Assembly (NCBI GenBank): GCA_963845515.1
Contig: CAWJSR010000029.1
Span: 32,001 to 96,000 of the forward strand
DNA: 64,000 bases
Source: an uncultured delta proteobacterium
Lineage (GTDB): Bacteria > Myxococcota > Myxococcia > Myxococcales > Anaeromyxobacteraceae
Direction: 5' to 3'
Positions within the stretch are counted from its first letter, which is position 1; each line of letters opens with the position of its first letter. The position numbers and the translations under genes are program-made. The notes below the pieces were generated by a model that searched no databases, was not told where the DNA came from, and saw only the letters and a list, made by a program, of their open reading frames with translations. This document shows, in pieces, positions 63,276 through 64,000 of this stretch.

Positions 63276-64000
63276 GTGGCCCACCGCGATCTTTACGACA
63301 TCCTCGGAGTGGCGCGGACCGCGTCGGCTGACGAGCTCAAGCGCGCCTACCGAAAGCTCGCGAAGCGCTACCACCCGGACGTGAACCCCGGCGACAAGGC
63401 ATCGGAGGAGCGCTTCAAGGAGCTCTCCGCGGCCTTCGAGGTCCTGTCGGACCCCAAGCGGCGGAAGCTCTACGACGAGTTCGGCCCCGACTCGCTGCGG
63501 ACGGGCTTCGACGAGAAGCGCGCCGAGGAGTACCGGCGCTACCGGAGCCAGGGGGTCCCGCCGGGAGGCGTACCGTTCGACTTCGGAGACTTCCGGACGG
63601 TGAACGTAGACGGGGGCGCCTTCGACTTCTCGTCGATCTTCGGCGAGATCTTCGGTCAGGGGAGCCGGCGGCGCGGCCAGCATTTCCCGGAGGACGGCGA
63701 GCGCGTCGAGGCCGAGCTGGAGGTCGCGCTCCGCGAGGCGGTCCTGGGCGGCGAGCGCGACCTCCGAGTCGGCAACCGGACCCTGCGCGTGAAGATCCCG
63801 GCGGGCGTGGGCGACGGCTCGCAGATCCGGCTCGCGGGCCAGGGAGGGCCCGGCCAGCACGGCGGGAGACCCGGCGACCTCTTCCTCAAGGTGCGGCTCG
63901 CGGAGCACCCCCTCCTGCGCCGCGACGGCCGGGATCTGTCGCTCGACCTGCCAGTCACCGTGCCCGAGGCGGTCGACGGCGCCGAGGTGACCCTGCCGAC
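63276..64000 (+). CDS. Class B J-domain protein (CbpA/DnaJ-like, no zinc finger), 3' end off the window
   Basis: Hand translation gives [25 protein letters not shown], a G/F region, then VKIPAGV and GDLFLKV. Confidence 0.9.
   Translation, partial: MAHRDLYDILGVARTASADELKRAYRKLAKRYHPDVNPGDKASEERFKELSAAFEVLSDPKRRKLYDEFGPDSLRTGFDEKRAEEYRRYRSQGVPPGGVPFDFGDFRTVNVDGGAFDFSSIFGEIFGQGSRRRGQHFPEDGERVEAELEVALREAVLGGERDLRVGNRTLRVKIPAGVGDGSQIRLAGQGGPGQHGGRPGDLFLKVRLAEHPLLRRDGRDLSLDLPVTVPEAVDGAEVTLP

Overview
Very GC-rich bacterial chromosome segment. Gene content and order (tgl-recO-glyQS, holB-holA-metG, DUF4912-GH57-glgA, a CheD/CheX chemosensory cluster) suggest an Anaeromyxobacter-like member of the Myxococcota; this is inference. 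About 60 real CDSs are present and most long overlapping ORFs in the track are GC-rich shadow frames. I found no rRNA, tRNA, CRISPR array or transposase. The most notable observations: (1) a DsbA/FrnE-family gene whose redox motif reads D-F-V-TGA-P-F-C with a SECIS-like hairpin downstream, a likely selenoprotein truncated by the ORF caller; (2) an apparently foreign two-gene unit with its own promoter just downstream of metG, encoding a small basic protein and a TIR/nucleoside-deoxyribosyltransferase-like protein; (3) a MetX-homoserine dehydrogenase fusion; (4) an FNR-like regulator with an FNR-box-like site, divergent from moeA-mobB and leading tatA; (5) a DUF4912 protein with twelve 8-residue GASE repeats heading an alpha-glucan operon; (6) a 27-codon lutB remnant between lutA and lutC; (7) a ~117-bp cruciform element between convergent che operons. 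Several single-base frameshifts (sthA, polA, yhaM, glyQ end) look like sequencing or assembly indels. All calls are from motif recognition by eye, not database searches.
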